Assembly: GCA_038496445.1 (NCBI GenBank)
Contig: JALMLS010000385.1
Span: 1 to 64,000, forward strand
Direction of reading: 5' to 3'
DNA from: Trichosphaerium sp. ATCC 40318
Taxonomy: Eukaryota; Protista; Tubulinea
Length of the DNA stretch: 64,000 bases
Positions 12,841 through 24,683 of the stretch are shown piece after piece. The stretch's first letter is position 1. Each line of letters begins with the position of its first letter. Made by a program: the position numbers and the translations under genes. The notes under the pieces are model-generated. The model saw only the letters and a program-made list of their open reading frames with translations. It ran no database searches and had not been told where the DNA came from.

Positions 12841-14427
12841 TTGTTTAGTTTAGAAGGCAGCTTGCTATGTATACCAACGGAGATTCTAGTTCAGATTTTC
12901 GAGCTAGTTCCAAAATCATTAAAAGCACTAGGTAACACATGCTATGACTTCTATCTAATCATACGTGATGTTACTGGGTACCCATTTATTGTAGTAAGAT
13001 CTCTTCATGCCGCGAAAACGATTGCCAAATACCCTGGGGTTCTTAAGCATTCAACAATTTCTGTGGATAGAGCTGTTTACTCTCATATTGTTCCAGTGAT
13101 TAAAGCTCTTGCTGGTGCCCGTCAACTCAATATTAGATATTCGGGTATCAAAGACAAGGATATATTACCTCTCACCAACATTCACTCTATCAACCTCGAA
13201 GGCACCTCAGTATCGAACGCTTGTCTAAAACAATTTTCTGGTGTTCACACAATAAGTCTAAGCCACACAAACATTAGAGGTGATGGCGTTAAAGTACTTG
13301 CTGGTGTTCATACTATTGATCTTGGCTATACTAAAGTGAATGATACTGGTATTCAAGCACTAGCAGGCGTTCACAAGATCGATCTAAGACGCACGTTTAC
13401 AGTGACAGATAAAGGAATTAAGGCACTTGCTGGCGTTCATACGATAAATCTATCCCATACAAAAGTCAGAGATACTGGGCTCCAAGCTCTTGCTGGGGTT
13501 CATACTATTAGCCTGGGTTATTGCCTGCTTATAACAAATGAAGGTGTGAAATCTCTTGCTGGAGTTCACACAATTAACCTCGAAAATACAAACATTACTG
13601 ATGCTAGTATTATTGAACTATCTGGCGTACATACAATTCATTTACAGGGCACACAAGTAACAGATGATGGTATAATGGCTTTGGGAGGTGTACATTCGAT
13701 ATATTTACAAGGTACTAGCGTCACAGATACAGGAGTAAAGGCACTTGGTGGCGTTCATACTATCAACTTGGATAGGACAAGGATAACTGGGGAGTGTCTA
13801 TCAGCTCTTGCTGGTGCTCACTCTGTTTCATTGCAAAGCACTGCTATCTCAGGAGAGCATCTCGAAAAACTTGCTGGGGTTCACACAATTGACTTAGCAC
13901 GAGCCACAACATCTGTTAAAGGCATAGTAGCACTTGCAGGTGTACATACAATTCAGTTACAAAATTGTCAAGCCATGGGCGGTTACAAAGGCTCACTTGA
14001 CGAAACTATCAGAGCGCTTGCTGGTGTTCAACCTTACAAAGACTCAGCTGACAAAATTGTCAAAGCGCTTGCTGGTGTTCATACAATTGGCTTATACAGG
14101 ACTGATGTATCTGATGAGGGTGTTAAAGCATTGTCTGGAGTACATGAGATAGACCTTGGTCATACACGAGTTACAGACGAAGGGTTGAAAGCGCTAAAAG
14201 GCGTTCATACTATTTGCTTAGCTGGCACAAAGGTAACAGATAAAGGTATACTAGCACTTCAAGGTGTTCATACCATAAAGGTATGGGATACAAAGGTAAC
14301 AAAAGAAGGTATAAGGCAGCTTTCTATGTCAGGTGTGAGTACTATGTATGTGAGTGCCGCACAAATAGCTGAGAGCGAACAGGCGCAGCTACGCAAAAAT
14401 TATGGAGTAGAGTTTGTATGTGTGTAG
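12841..14427 (+). CDS. F-box + leucine-rich repeat protein (about 19 repeats of a 22-aa unit ALAGVHTIxLxxTxVTDxGIK); true start probably in an upstream exon
   Basis: LLCIPTEILVQIFELV F-box-like motif; uninterrupted 528-codon ORF of regular LRRs; ORF begins at TTG just after a candidate acceptor at 12829. Confidence 0.88.
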   Translation: MFSLEGSLLCIPTEILVQIFELVPKSLKALGNTCYDFYLIIRDVTGYPFIVVRSLHAAKTIAKYPGVLKHSTISVDRAVYSHIVPVIKALAGARQLNIRYSGIKDKDILPLTNIHSINLEGTSVSNACLKQFSGVHTISLSHTNIRGDGVKVLAGVHTIDLGYTKVNDTGIQALAGVHKIDLRRTFTVTDKGIKALAGVHTINLSHTKVRDTGLQALAGVHTISLGYCLLITNEGVKSLAGVHTINLENTNITDASIIELSGVHTIHLQGTQVTDDGIMALGGVHSIYLQGTSVTDTGVKALGGVHTINLDRTRITGECLSALAGAHSVSLQSTAISGEHLEKLAGVHTIDLARATTSVKGIVALAGVHTIQLQNCQAMGGYKGSLDETIRALAGVQPYKDSADKIVKALAGVHTIGLYRTDVSDEGVKALSGVHEIDLGHTRVTDEGLKALKGVHTICLAGTKVTDKGILALQGVHTIKVWDTKVTKEGIRQLSMSGVSTMYVSAAQIAESEQAQLRKNYGVEFVCV

Positions 14428-14852
14428 ACTGCAATATTTTATACAATGTAAAAACATCTGTTTCCTAACGCCTCTTGGATTGTAAATACACGATAGCTAC
14501 TGCAAGTTTTTTTCTTAAGTTCGATGTCTTGTTGTTTTACTTAACCTTCTTTGGGAACAAAAGGCTGTAGGTGGCCTTGCTTAAGCATCCATCTTTAGTT
14601 GTACGTTTGCATTTGTTTCCTTCGTCAGAAGGTGGTAAACGTAACCAAGAATGTTTAACGCAATCTTCGTCACCTGGTAGAAATGAGGATTCAAAAAAAA
14701 AACCAAAGCTTGCTGTTTTGATTTCGTACCGTTTTCACTCTTGAAACTACCCTCAACAACAAACAACTCTTCGCCACCCCATCCTACAGTCTGTACAACT
14801 ATGTTTGTCACCTGATTGTAATTCTGCAATGGCTATACTACTATCTTGTCTT

Positions 14853-15681
14853 CTGGCGGGTTCATAAGAAAAAAACTCCCGGTTCATAAGAATTTCAACT
14901 TTTTTCAACGCAACCATACACACAGCAGTCAACTTTTAATTGTTTGTTTCTTTTTACAGGCATGGGAATCATGCTCAATATTGTATACAAACAGCAAAAT
15001 CTCATATTGAAGCATTTGATAGGCCGGGACATGACGAAATTCACAGCGTCCACATTTTTCTGTTTTTTTTAGCAGTGTCCATGAATTGATCACGCACCAC
15101 CTGAGATAATACAAAATAACGTGATATGGTTGGTGTATAGGCAAGTGACATAGAGTGTTCAATACAAGACCCCATTGAGAATATCAATGTCATTAAAATG
15201 AGTGACATACATTTCCCTACGAACTGAAATTTGAGAGTTTAGTAGTAATGCATACACTTGTAGTCATTGTAAGATTCTAAAATGTCTACAAGATTAGTGC
15301 TAGGGCAATAAAATAGATGTGGCTTCAGTTATGGATCTTTGGAGTTGTCACATAATACACACGCAAAATTCAAGCAACCGGGCAGACACTTAAATATGTA
15401 CCCTTTGTGTTGAATCCAACGTTGCGCCTATTGATTGGTCGTTTTTTGAAACTTTCGCTACTAAAATCGTTAGTATGATAAACGAAGTGTTGTAGAAGAT
15501 CCTTTATGAATTGTAACGCGTGATAAGTTGTACAAGCTTGTTAAACAAGAAAATGTTGTAATGTACACTAAACGACACGCCATGACACGCCATGACAAAC
15601 TACGTACTGTTTTTAAACCATGTGATTGATTCTTATGAATGGGGAGTTCAAAAAGTTAAGTCTTATGAATGGGGATATTAA
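14853..15681. mobile_element. Putative non-autonomous DNA element (about 830 bp) with paired inverted TTCATAAGA subterminal motifs
   Basis: Left end GGGTTCATAAGA...AACTCCCGGTTCATAAGAAT; right end ATTCTTATGAATGGGGAGTT...TCTTATGAATGGGG; the first 230 bp or so recur at 23581; no ORF. Confidence 0.6.
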
Positions 15682-16099
15682 GTCGTAAGATCTCGGCAGG
15701 TCTTATCATCAGATAGTGTATAGTATTCAAAAATATTTTTGTAGAGCTCTTCGTGCTCCGCTTTCAGCCATAAAACGCATTTTTTCACTTTCTTCATGGA
15801 ACCAACCAAGCCCACCAAGAACACTGCCTGTTCTCAAAATCACATATTATACGCCCTTTGAGTCATGTATTGTGTTTGCGCCAAAGCACTTGTAAAAACA
15901 AATTACTAATAGCAGGGTGATAAAAAACTGCCAAATTTTAGTTTTTTAGGCGTTCGAAAATTGCCGTTAGGCTAATGGTCGAAAACCAGCTTTAGTGCTC
16001 ACGGTAACAAAAATACTGGTAGGCTTAACCCTAATTTTTGGTATCGACAGTCAATAAGCGTCAAGTGCACACTTCTGAACTCACTCTCCTTATGTTACT

Positions 16100-16927
16100 A
16101 TGAATGGACCGTCCAGACCATTAATACATCCTTATATCTCCCATTTGATTAAAATATCAGCGAGTGGGTACGCAGCTGCGTTGATTGGCGCTTACGTTTC
16201 TTTTCCTTTTGAAAAAGTCGAAATTAGAAGACAGTACTTGTTAGCAGCTGATAGAAGCAAATACAGCAATGTTTTAAAGGGATTCAAGCATATAGTGACG
16301 AATGAAGGAATAAAAGGCTTATATAAAGGTGGAAATTATACTATACTTATAAGAACAACATACAGTACATTACCTTTACTTATAATTGATGAGTTGTACA
16401 GAAAAGTATTTGTATCTTCCAAGAAATCTTTTGATATCTTTGGAGAAACAACAAGTGCTGTACTCTCTGGTATTACAACAAGGCTATTGACTCATCCTTT
16501 TGATTACTACAGAGTAAAGCTTCAGACAAGTGTACACTACACAGGTACAGTACCTCTTATTTTAAGTGTAATCAGGAAAGAATCTATATTCGAACTCTAT
16601 AGAGGATGTCTTCCAAGTATGGTTTTTACTGCCAGTTATGCTCTACTTCTGTTTCCTTCATTTGCTTGGCTTAAAGGATACCAAATGTTTCAAGATAGTA
16701 AACTTGCTTCTGATGTAGCTAGTAGTAGCTTAGCAAGTGTGATTGCATCATCTGGATCTCGTGTGGTACACAATATCTATGACTTGAATAAAACAAAATT
16801 GAATGGTTCATCTCAGCTTTTGAGATGTTTTAGTTTAAGAGGAGAAGGTATACGAATATTTATAAGGCTTCCTATTATCTCTGCTGGCTTATCAATAATT
16901 GAACTACAAAAAAGATACTTAGGTTGA
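16100..16927 (+). CDS. Mitochondrial carrier (SLC25) family protein, intronless and divergent
   Basis: PFEKVEIR and PFDYYRVKLQ Px[DE]xx[KR] motifs, EGIKGLYKG and ESIFELYRG; third repeat degenerate. Confidence 0.85.
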   Translation: MNGPSRPLIHPYISHLIKISASGYAAALIGAYVSFPFEKVEIRRQYLLAADRSKYSNVLKGFKHIVTNEGIKGLYKGGNYTILIRTTYSTLPLLIIDELYRKVFVSSKKSFDIFGETTSAVLSGITTRLLTHPFDYYRVKLQTSVHYTGTVPLILSVIRKESIFELYRGCLPSMVFTASYALLLFPSFAWLKGYQMFQDSKLASDVASSSLASVIASSGSRVVHNIYDLNKTKLNGSSQLLRCFSLRGEGIRIFIRLPIISAGLSIIELQKRYLG

Positions 16928-17317
16928 TACCGTGCCGTCCCTGTCCCTTGCTTCTCCAAGCTGCCATGATGCTATATATAAGTGGAACTTTCAGAGAGTA
17001 GTGGTACTACTACTCCTCTCTGCACACAGCAGAGAGGCGTCAGTAAAGTATTGAATATTTAGTGCTTCAATAGTGTAACACCATCCAATTGACAAAGTGT
17101 TTGACGTCTAAAACAATATTATTGACATCCTTAATAAATACATATCATCTTTTCGCTGAGTCCGCAGTAAATTTCTTAGTTTTCTATCTGCAGTGTTACC
17201 TGTTGTATTAAATACGTTGAATTCAGTGTTTGTACTATTAGTTTGTGAAAATCTGTTTCAGAAGGGCGTCACGTGTGTTAAGTCGGCTGACTGTAATAAT
17301 TGTAGATTAACAGTAAC

Positions 17318-17830
17318 ATGGAAACGCTTCTTGTTTCGCATCTACTTCTTCTCCCTATCGAGATACAGCTAGATATCATCGACATTGACTTTGAGGTTTA
17401 TAAAAAATGGCCAATCTTATCAAAACAGACAGCAACAATGACAAGGTATGATAACAAGATGAATAAACACGGAAAATGGCTTAAAAACCGTTACTACCCA
17501 AAACTGCTAAAATCACAAATTATCGTGCAAGAGTATTGGAAACATGGTGTACGCCATGGAGAGTTTAAGGGTTGGAGAAGTAATGGCAAATTATTACGCA
17601 AGTATGCCTATGTTGATGGAAAAGTACAAGGCGAGTACAACAAGTGGCATGAAGATGGTCAATTGATAGAACAATGTTATTACATAAATGGTAAACTTGA
17701 TGGAGTGCGTAATGTATGGTATTCAACTGGTGAATTGGCAAGCTGTTGTACCTACATTAAAGGGGAAAAACAGGGAGATGAAAAAAGATGGAGTAACTTA
17801 GGTATTGAAATAAATGGTCACTGCAAATGA
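17318..17830 (+). CDS. F-box-like + MORN-variant (YwqK-like) repeat protein, intronless
   Basis: LLLLPIEIQLDII; repeats GEFKGWRSNGKL / GEYNKWHEDGQL / GVRNVWYSTGEL; N-terminus homologous to the gene at 61846-63501. Confidence 0.8.
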   Translation: METLLVSHLLLLPIEIQLDIIDIDFEVYKKWPILSKQTATMTRYDNKMNKHGKWLKNRYYPKLLKSQIIVQEYWKHGVRHGEFKGWRSNGKLLRKYAYVDGKVQGEYNKWHEDGQLIEQCYYINGKLDGVRNVWYSTGELASCCTYIKGEKQGDEKRWSNLGIEINGHCK

Positions 17831-18133
17831 ACGGAACTACAAGTTCATCAAACAATTTGGTCTTGGAACACTGAAGACATAAAAGAGATATCGGCATTGA
17901 GAGTTGAGAAAGTAAGAATTTTATCCACTTGTTTGGTTAAAAGTCAACAAAATAAATACTGAACTGATAGTCGGCTTTAAGAATACCTACCTTCTTTTCA
18001 ACTGAATCTCTTCTAACAAGCTATCTAAAGCTGTTTGTAAAACCTGCTTACGAAACCACTTAATCTCATCAACATGATGAAATATTTAAAGGCAATGAAG
18101 TCCTTCCGAAAAGATTTTTTTTTGGTTCAAAGT

Positions 18134-20046
18134 TTATTGGTTTTTTTTGTTCTTCTTGGCTACAGTTCGACGCTTTACAGGTAAAACAATGTCTAGTATA
18201 AAAAGAAGACCAAAAATAACAACGTATCCAATATGACCTGTCCATAGGAGTCCATCATTAAAGTAGTATACAATAGGTTCCCACTTAACCAAGTTAAAAG
18301 GAATAAAGTTAATAGGTAGAGTAATCTGTAAAGAAAGAAAACTGAAAATATCATAAAAAGTCTTCCAAGGTTGAATAGGTTCTTCTTTACGTGGATCTGA
18401 TGGATCTGGACAACGAACAAAGTACGGTCTGAACCTTTTTCTAAATCTTCTACTTATATCAGTGGACACAGCAGCAAAGAAAAACGCAAAGAGGTAGCCT
18501 ATACAAAACGTCAGACAATTTGTTTCAAAGTTCGCAAATTTTTTTTGTACCAGGGTAGAGACCATGCCATATTGCGCTTAAAACATTCGTTGCATACAAT
18601 GCAAATGTAGAAGGACGTCCACTCTTTCCTGGCAACCTCATATAACAGTAAACTTTTAAAGTTCTTCCAACATGTATGTTCCAGTATGTCGCCAAGTCTC
18701 GAAAACTTTGACATGTTTCAACCTTATAAATGTCAATATTAGACGCCGCGTTAAACTCTAGTTTCCCATCTTGATCAAAACCACTAAACCCAAGACCATC
18801 AGCGATATTCAAAGCCTTGAATATTCATTAATAAAAAAATACAAAAAATCACGTGATATTTTTTCATTGCATCTAAAAATAAAACAAGCAAGTTACCTCC
18901 GCCAATTTCCAAACAAAGTAGTAATATAATCTGACACTGAAAAGACTTATCCATGCATAGAAGTACTTGTACCATAGACTCAATTTCATAAACTCATCTG
19001 ATGCAACCCACATGAATGGTATTGTTTTAACCCACCACATTTGAAGCGTAAGCATACCAACTGCCTGTACAAGACACCATAACGCAGGAAAGAATCCTGG
19101 AGGATTTTTACCTTAGCCAACGTTAAAAAAAAACAGCTTGTTTTATGGGTTGTTAAAGTGTTCACCTTTGAGCCTTTTGTCGGAGAACTTCGAGTTATCT
19201 GCGACAGAAATGTAGTGATTGTATTCTAGTATTGGTCCTGCTAGAAGCGTTGTGTAGTTGAAAGTAAACCCATGATACTCTAATAAAGTCGGTAGCTTGC
19301 GAACAGCATTTACTTCAAACTTGGGACCTAAAATTAGTATTCATCAGAAAGCGAAAACGAAACAACAAAGAGTCTCTGTCGTACTGCCTAGCGCCTTTTT
19401 CTTATTTAAGCGATCTCCATCATGACAATTCCAAGCAAAAGCGAGAAGACGCATCGTAAGGAGCATTTGTACCACTAACAGAAAAACCTTAGAAAAAACG
19501 TGAAAAAGAAAAAAAAGAAGGCACGAACTGCTAATGTCTAGGTTATTTCCGAGGTACATAACCCTGTATAAATGTAATAATATCAAGTGCGGCCATATTA
19601 CAGCATTAGTATATATATATGCTCTGTCTAAAGGCACGTAGTAAAGAATCTACGCAAACAAATTAGTTTGGAAAGAGGGCCAACTTTCAAAAAAAAATTT
19701 CACGTGCCAGGTATACAGCTGTAGTATCGAATAAACAGTGAAGCCATTGATATGGTCCAAATATAAAAATAAGAAACGCTATACCACTAAAAGATGATAT
19801 AGCATGTTTCAACGACGTAGAAGAGACTCTCCTATAGGTCACGTGATTAATTCAAAACGAAACAAGAAATGTTGATAGACAAAAGTAAGAATCGTATCAA
19901 AAAGTTGCTACATGTTCACTGTCGCGTACGTACCGGCGAATGAAGGCTATTGGAAAAGCTATAATAAAACAAGCCAAGAAACAAAGCTCACTAGTTGATA
20001 CACCTAGTTCTTTGTTCGCATACTCTACACACGATGCTAACGACAT
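18134..20046 (-). CDS. Membrane-bound O-acyltransferase (lysophospholipid acyltransferase, LPCAT/Ale1-like), multi-exon
   Basis: QMLLTMRLLAFAWNCHDG, LPTLLEYHGFTF..LLAGP, RLYYYFVWKLAE, WNIHV, LSAIWHGLYPG catalytic His motif; many TM segments. Confidence 0.92.
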
Positions 20047-20239
20047 GCAATCCGCGTGTTATTTAGGTTGTATTGAACTTAACTTGAGAACTTGAGGCAT
20101 TTCAACGCGGTTTACTTTAAACCCTTAACTTTATGGCGCTCGAAACGTCATGCTAAGGTCTGGATCAAGCATAGTTTAAAACTCAACTCATTGTAAGTAA
20201 AAAATACCAACAACCACAATGTGAAAAGAAAAAAAAGGT

Positions 20240-21014
20240 TTATAATAAGAAGACCAATACAAGTGCTATCAAAGCCATGGATACTGTGACAATGAAAGAA
20301 GAAGAGCTAGGTGCAGCTGTAGGTGCATCTGTGCCAACAGTTGGTTCAACAGTAGTTGGTGGAGGGGTCACACCGCTAGCTTCTGTAATAGTAGCAGTTC
20401 CTGAAGCCCACATACATTGTGCAGCATCTGGACGTTCGACGACAAACCACCACTAGAAATTGAGTGTAAGGAAAATACCTTCAGCAGGAAAAGAATGATA
20501 ACGTACGCCCATTGTTACTGAACCAGTTCCAGCGGCTGGAGCAGTCCATGTAAAACCAATATCAGCGTTCTTAGCACTGGCATCCACGTGACGAAGAGAA
20601 CCATTGCAAGCAGCACCGTCGAATAGTGTTTCAGTTGTCGCAAGCGCGCCAGCATCATCAGATACTATGCTTCCAACAATTTGACCAGCAGGGGCAGCAC
20701 CAGTGTAAAATGAAACTACCAATCCCTATTCAAAAAAACACAATCTGTTAGTCGAAGTAGTTTGTACCAATTAAAATACGTACTTTGTACATCGCAGTAT
20801 CGCTAGCGGTTACAGTGAAGGTGTATGCGGTTTCAGGAGTGTACTCTGCAAGGGCAGGTGTGACACCAAGACCAGTAACGTCCGCAGCGGCTGTAGAGCA
20901 CATATTCATACATATACCATCACTATTCGCTGGGCAAACACTTATGGCACCCGTACTAAAGGCCAATGATGCGGCAATGAGACAAGCGACGAGGAGAATA
21001 AATCTAGCAGTCAT
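20240..21014 (-). CDS. Secreted, probably GPI-anchored reeler-domain protein, 3 exons
   Basis: Signal peptide, AFSTGA, YTPETAYTFTV, YKGLVV, RHVDASAK, FTWTAPAAGTGSV; Pro/Thr stalk and hydrophobic C-terminus SSSSFIVTVSMALIALVLVFLL. Confidence 0.85.
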
Positions 21015-22250
21015 TTTGTTCTGTTTTTTTTTGCGAAGCGTTGCTTTGATCGATACAAAATCACGTGATAGTAAAATAAATAGTCCACCAAAAATTATTC
21101 AAATTTCCCTAAATTTCCCGCTTTCCTCCAATCTAAAGGAACAGATAAGTGTATCACAGTCATCTCTATACTATTGTCGATGGTAATACACTATGTGTAT
21201 CAATTTTAATTCTTCATATGAAAAGAGAAAGCGAAAAAAAAATGGACACAAAAAGTGTTGATTCAACATTTCCTTCAAGACGATTGTATGTTTGATTATA
21301 GAGCTTTTCGTCGATTTCATGCGACAATATAAATAAATCTCCCCGTCTATCCCCAAAGTTCGTTTGCTATGTGTAGTAATATTACGTAACGATTACGCAA
21401 GCCAAGAGGCTACACTGAAGTAATGTCTTTAAATCAAAAGTATTTTTTTTCCCTGTTGTTTACTAACACTTCACAACATTAGCGTTAGATAAAACACGTA
21501 TATAGCTGTATCATTATGGTTGTTTATCATTATTTCCTATTTGCAGAAATGAATCCTTTTACCCTATCCAAAATAAAAACCCTTTAAAAACATCTTATCA
21601 CGTGTATCAATCGGCGTAATTATACGCCTACCAATTGTTTCAATATTCTCCGTAATGTGATTACACTATTCACGCACAACCACAATACTATTGTTAATAC
21701 AGACGTATGCCTAATACCATTAAGAAAACGAGAGCAGGGCAGAAACCCAATTGGTAAAACATGTGAAATAAAAAAAACACAGAAAAGTCATAGAAACATA
21801 CCTTCACACCATCTTACACTCGCTAGTCGCTTTACGTATATCACGTGATAAATTTAGCGTTTAGTTTTCGTAGTACTAAGTGTTGTATAGTACGAGTGTA
21901 CTAGAGGGTACAAGGGGAAGCGTGTGGAGCTAAATACCTTTACAGGTAGCATTTGACGCATGTCGGATTGAAATCTCGTCATTTGAGACGACCGACTCTA
22001 CACGTTAGTGTAACGACCGGTATAAGAAGGACCAATGAGATAAGCGTAGTAAGAAGATCTATCATTTTGTCTTTTAGGTTGCCGACAAAGTGAAAGAAAA
22101 TGTTGGTTTTGAAAAATACAACCCTTCAGCAAGCGTCTATTGTCAGGTCATCTCAAAATGTAATAATATCCTACACACGCATCCCCCAAGTGAAATAGCT
22201 GCACGTCGTTAGCGTAAAAGCAAACCGTAAAAGACATTTTGAGCGTGATC

Positions 22251-23181
22251 TCAAACAAGCAAGTATTTCGCGTGCTGTTTCCTAAATTCTTTGAAGTGCC
22301 CATAAGAATAAAGTACCCTGATCCTGGCGCTGAATACCGAAACGTCCGATTTGGCTTCAGGTGAAAACAGTCTGTGCAAAGAAAAAGTCCTCGGTTCCAT
22401 TACAACGTCGCACGCTGTCCTACTAAGCACAAGTAAGTTCGGACACGTGACATGAGAAGAGGTGCTGATTGAAAACGTTAAGAAGTACTCTAAACAAAAT
22501 ACGTACTTGTCGGACCTGTGTGGGAACATCGCTGGGAAACTCGGCTTTTCCAATACGTTGTGTTGTCTTGCTATAAGCTCAATACTGACTTAGTGTAATT
22601 GACTTAAAAAAAGCCTGTCTTTTCATTGATACCATTGGTAGCTGTCTTACTTTGTGATAAAGAGAACAAATGCATTGTTCACTCACTAAATATTTAAACT
22701 ACACAGCGTATAAATAACACCGAGATAACCCTTGTCGGGATAACTAAGTTTGGTTTTACCGATCTTCTTTATGAATCTTGCCATTACCAGACTGACATGT
22801 GGTGACTTAACATACTGTCGAGCACTACCAACAATAGTGATTAACAGTGTAATGTACTGCGTAGTACTTTTCAAAGCTGGACGTCTCTTGCCATTTCAAA
22901 GAAACGGCGGGTTTGGGAAAGTTGTTGTAGTTGTTCGTAAAGGTTGCTCAATTTCTCAACGTAACGTATGGCATAGTCATCTGCAGTGCCTTCATAATTA
23001 TGCTCCATTCATGGTCCAGACATCCACTGGCAGCATTTGAACATCCAAAATCATAGTCAACGAAATTGCCTTGCTTAGCGCACGTATTACATCCTTCGTC
23101 GCATTCGTACACTACTCCACAGAAGTGAGCAGCAAGTACTATAGTAGAAGATATGATAATAACAATCAGTATGCGGATCAT
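22251..23181 (-). pseudogene. Probable decayed gene for a secreted Cys-rich protein
   Basis: Good signal peptide and Cys-rich start (MIRILIVIIISSTIVLAAHFCGVVYECDEGCNTC); downstream exon-like segments need frameshifts or stop readthrough; 3' limit uncertain. Confidence 0.35.
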
Positions 23182-23580
23182 GCTTCTGAGTCGTTAGGAA
23201 AAGACAAAATAATGTTCCAAACGCCTTAAGAATGTAGCACTTAATGAAGTGTGTTACTATTTTAGTTCCTTTGAGGAGCATGTCTAACTCGTATTCATTG
23301 AATAGCCTTTCATCCTTGTTGATAAAATTCGCATTTGCTGAACAGAAACTACTTGTACCATAATTCTACAGCTTCAACGTCAACGTAATCTAAGAATACC
23401 TTTCTTTTGATTAAAAGTAGAAATGACTTCAGTTTTCCAGCTTGAGTTAAATACGAGTTACTATCATCCTAAAAACCAACATCACGTAGTCTTTTGTATT
23501 ACGCGTTCTACTTGAAACTTACAAACACATGTTCGGTGGCCAGGGAGATAAAATGATACGACTCTGTTATTTTTATTAAA

Positions 23581-23829
23581 CTGGCGGGTTCATAGTTTTA
23601 TCATAAGAAAAAAACTCAGGGGTCATTTGAATTTCAACTTTTTTCAACGCAACCACACACACTGCAGTCAACTTTTAATTGTTTGTTTCTTTTTTACGGG
23701 TATGGAAATCATGATTTCTCAATATTATATACAAACAGCAATATCTCATATTGAAGCATTTGATAGGCCAGGACATGACGAAATTCACAGCGTCCACTTT
23801 TTTTTTCTTTTTTTTAGCATGGATATTAA
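23581..23829 (+). repeat. Second, shorter copy of the 14853 element
   Basis: Starts at the same CTGGCGGGTTCATA, highly similar over about 240 bp, then ends in GGATATTAA like the right end of copy 1. Confidence 0.85.
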
Positions 23830-24683
23830 TTCTTAGGAGCTCGGCAGTTAAAGTCTGTTCCTCAAATTGATATTTCTAGCACTCAGCATGTAGAGTTTGT
23901 TGAGTTTCTGTCGTACTATTTACACCAAAAGTGTAGTTGAATATGGACCGAGTTCATGCTGGTTGCCTTATTTCCCTTAGTCTTTCTCAGTTCAAAACAC
24001 GTGATTCACAGTATTTTTCTGTTGTGTCCTGAGAAATCTGATGGACTTGCAGTAATCACATTTCGTTTAGACGTTGTAGAAAATATGGCTTACTTATACC
24101 ACGGAGACAATTTACTAGAAACAGAGGTACATGTAAGAAAGGAATTGTAAACAAAAACCGCAACACGTTGATGTTTTTTTTTTCTTTGTTTTTTGTTAAT
24201 TTTTTTATTTCTTGTTCCCAACGCGAAAGCTGACCTTTTTGGCCTTAGTACATACCTGAATATGGTTCACATAACTCTCAGAATACTGCTCTTGTATTTG
24301 CATTTTCGTACCTGGATTTAACCTGAAACCATTGTCCGTTTGGACTTTTTTTTCCAAACACTTTCAGACTTCACGTGAATTCGAAAAACATCTTTTCACA
24401 AAATTCTTGTATCTCACGATACGTTCTTTAACAACCTCTTCGATACCGCATTTTGAATTTATGGCTGAATTTCCTTCGTACGACGTGTTCGAAAAAAAAA
24501 GGAACTATTTGCGTTACATTATTTTATAAACACCACAGTCGCACATACAAACTCAAAGTACATAAAACGACGCTTTATATACAATTGTTGAGCTTCCACG
24601 TGATAAAAAAAGGCATGTAAGAACCGTTTTTATTTTAGTTTGGCAAAACTTCTAGTGGTTCTGCGCTAGTAGAGCGATAGCAT

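Noticed and set aside
16925-17000. TGA stop followed by ATGA..AA..GA, possible SECIS
   Set aside because: Stem between the core motifs does not pair, and carriers are not known selenoproteins
12841-17830. Possible endogenous giant-virus insertion
   Set aside because: No viral hallmark genes (capsid, polB, packaging ATPase, VLTF3); virus-like genes are interspersed with intron-rich host genes
22740-22900. Minus-strand frame with four in-frame TAA/TAG codons suggesting stop-codon reassignment
   Set aside because: All well-conserved genes end at TAA/TAG/TGA and have no internal stops; local decay or a wrong frame is the simpler explanation
23837-23956. GAGCTCGG...CCGAGTTC closing stem with an internal hairpin, possible ncRNA
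   Set aside because: No recognisable family motif (RNase P/MRP, snRNA, snoRNA); 8-bp complementarity can arise by chance
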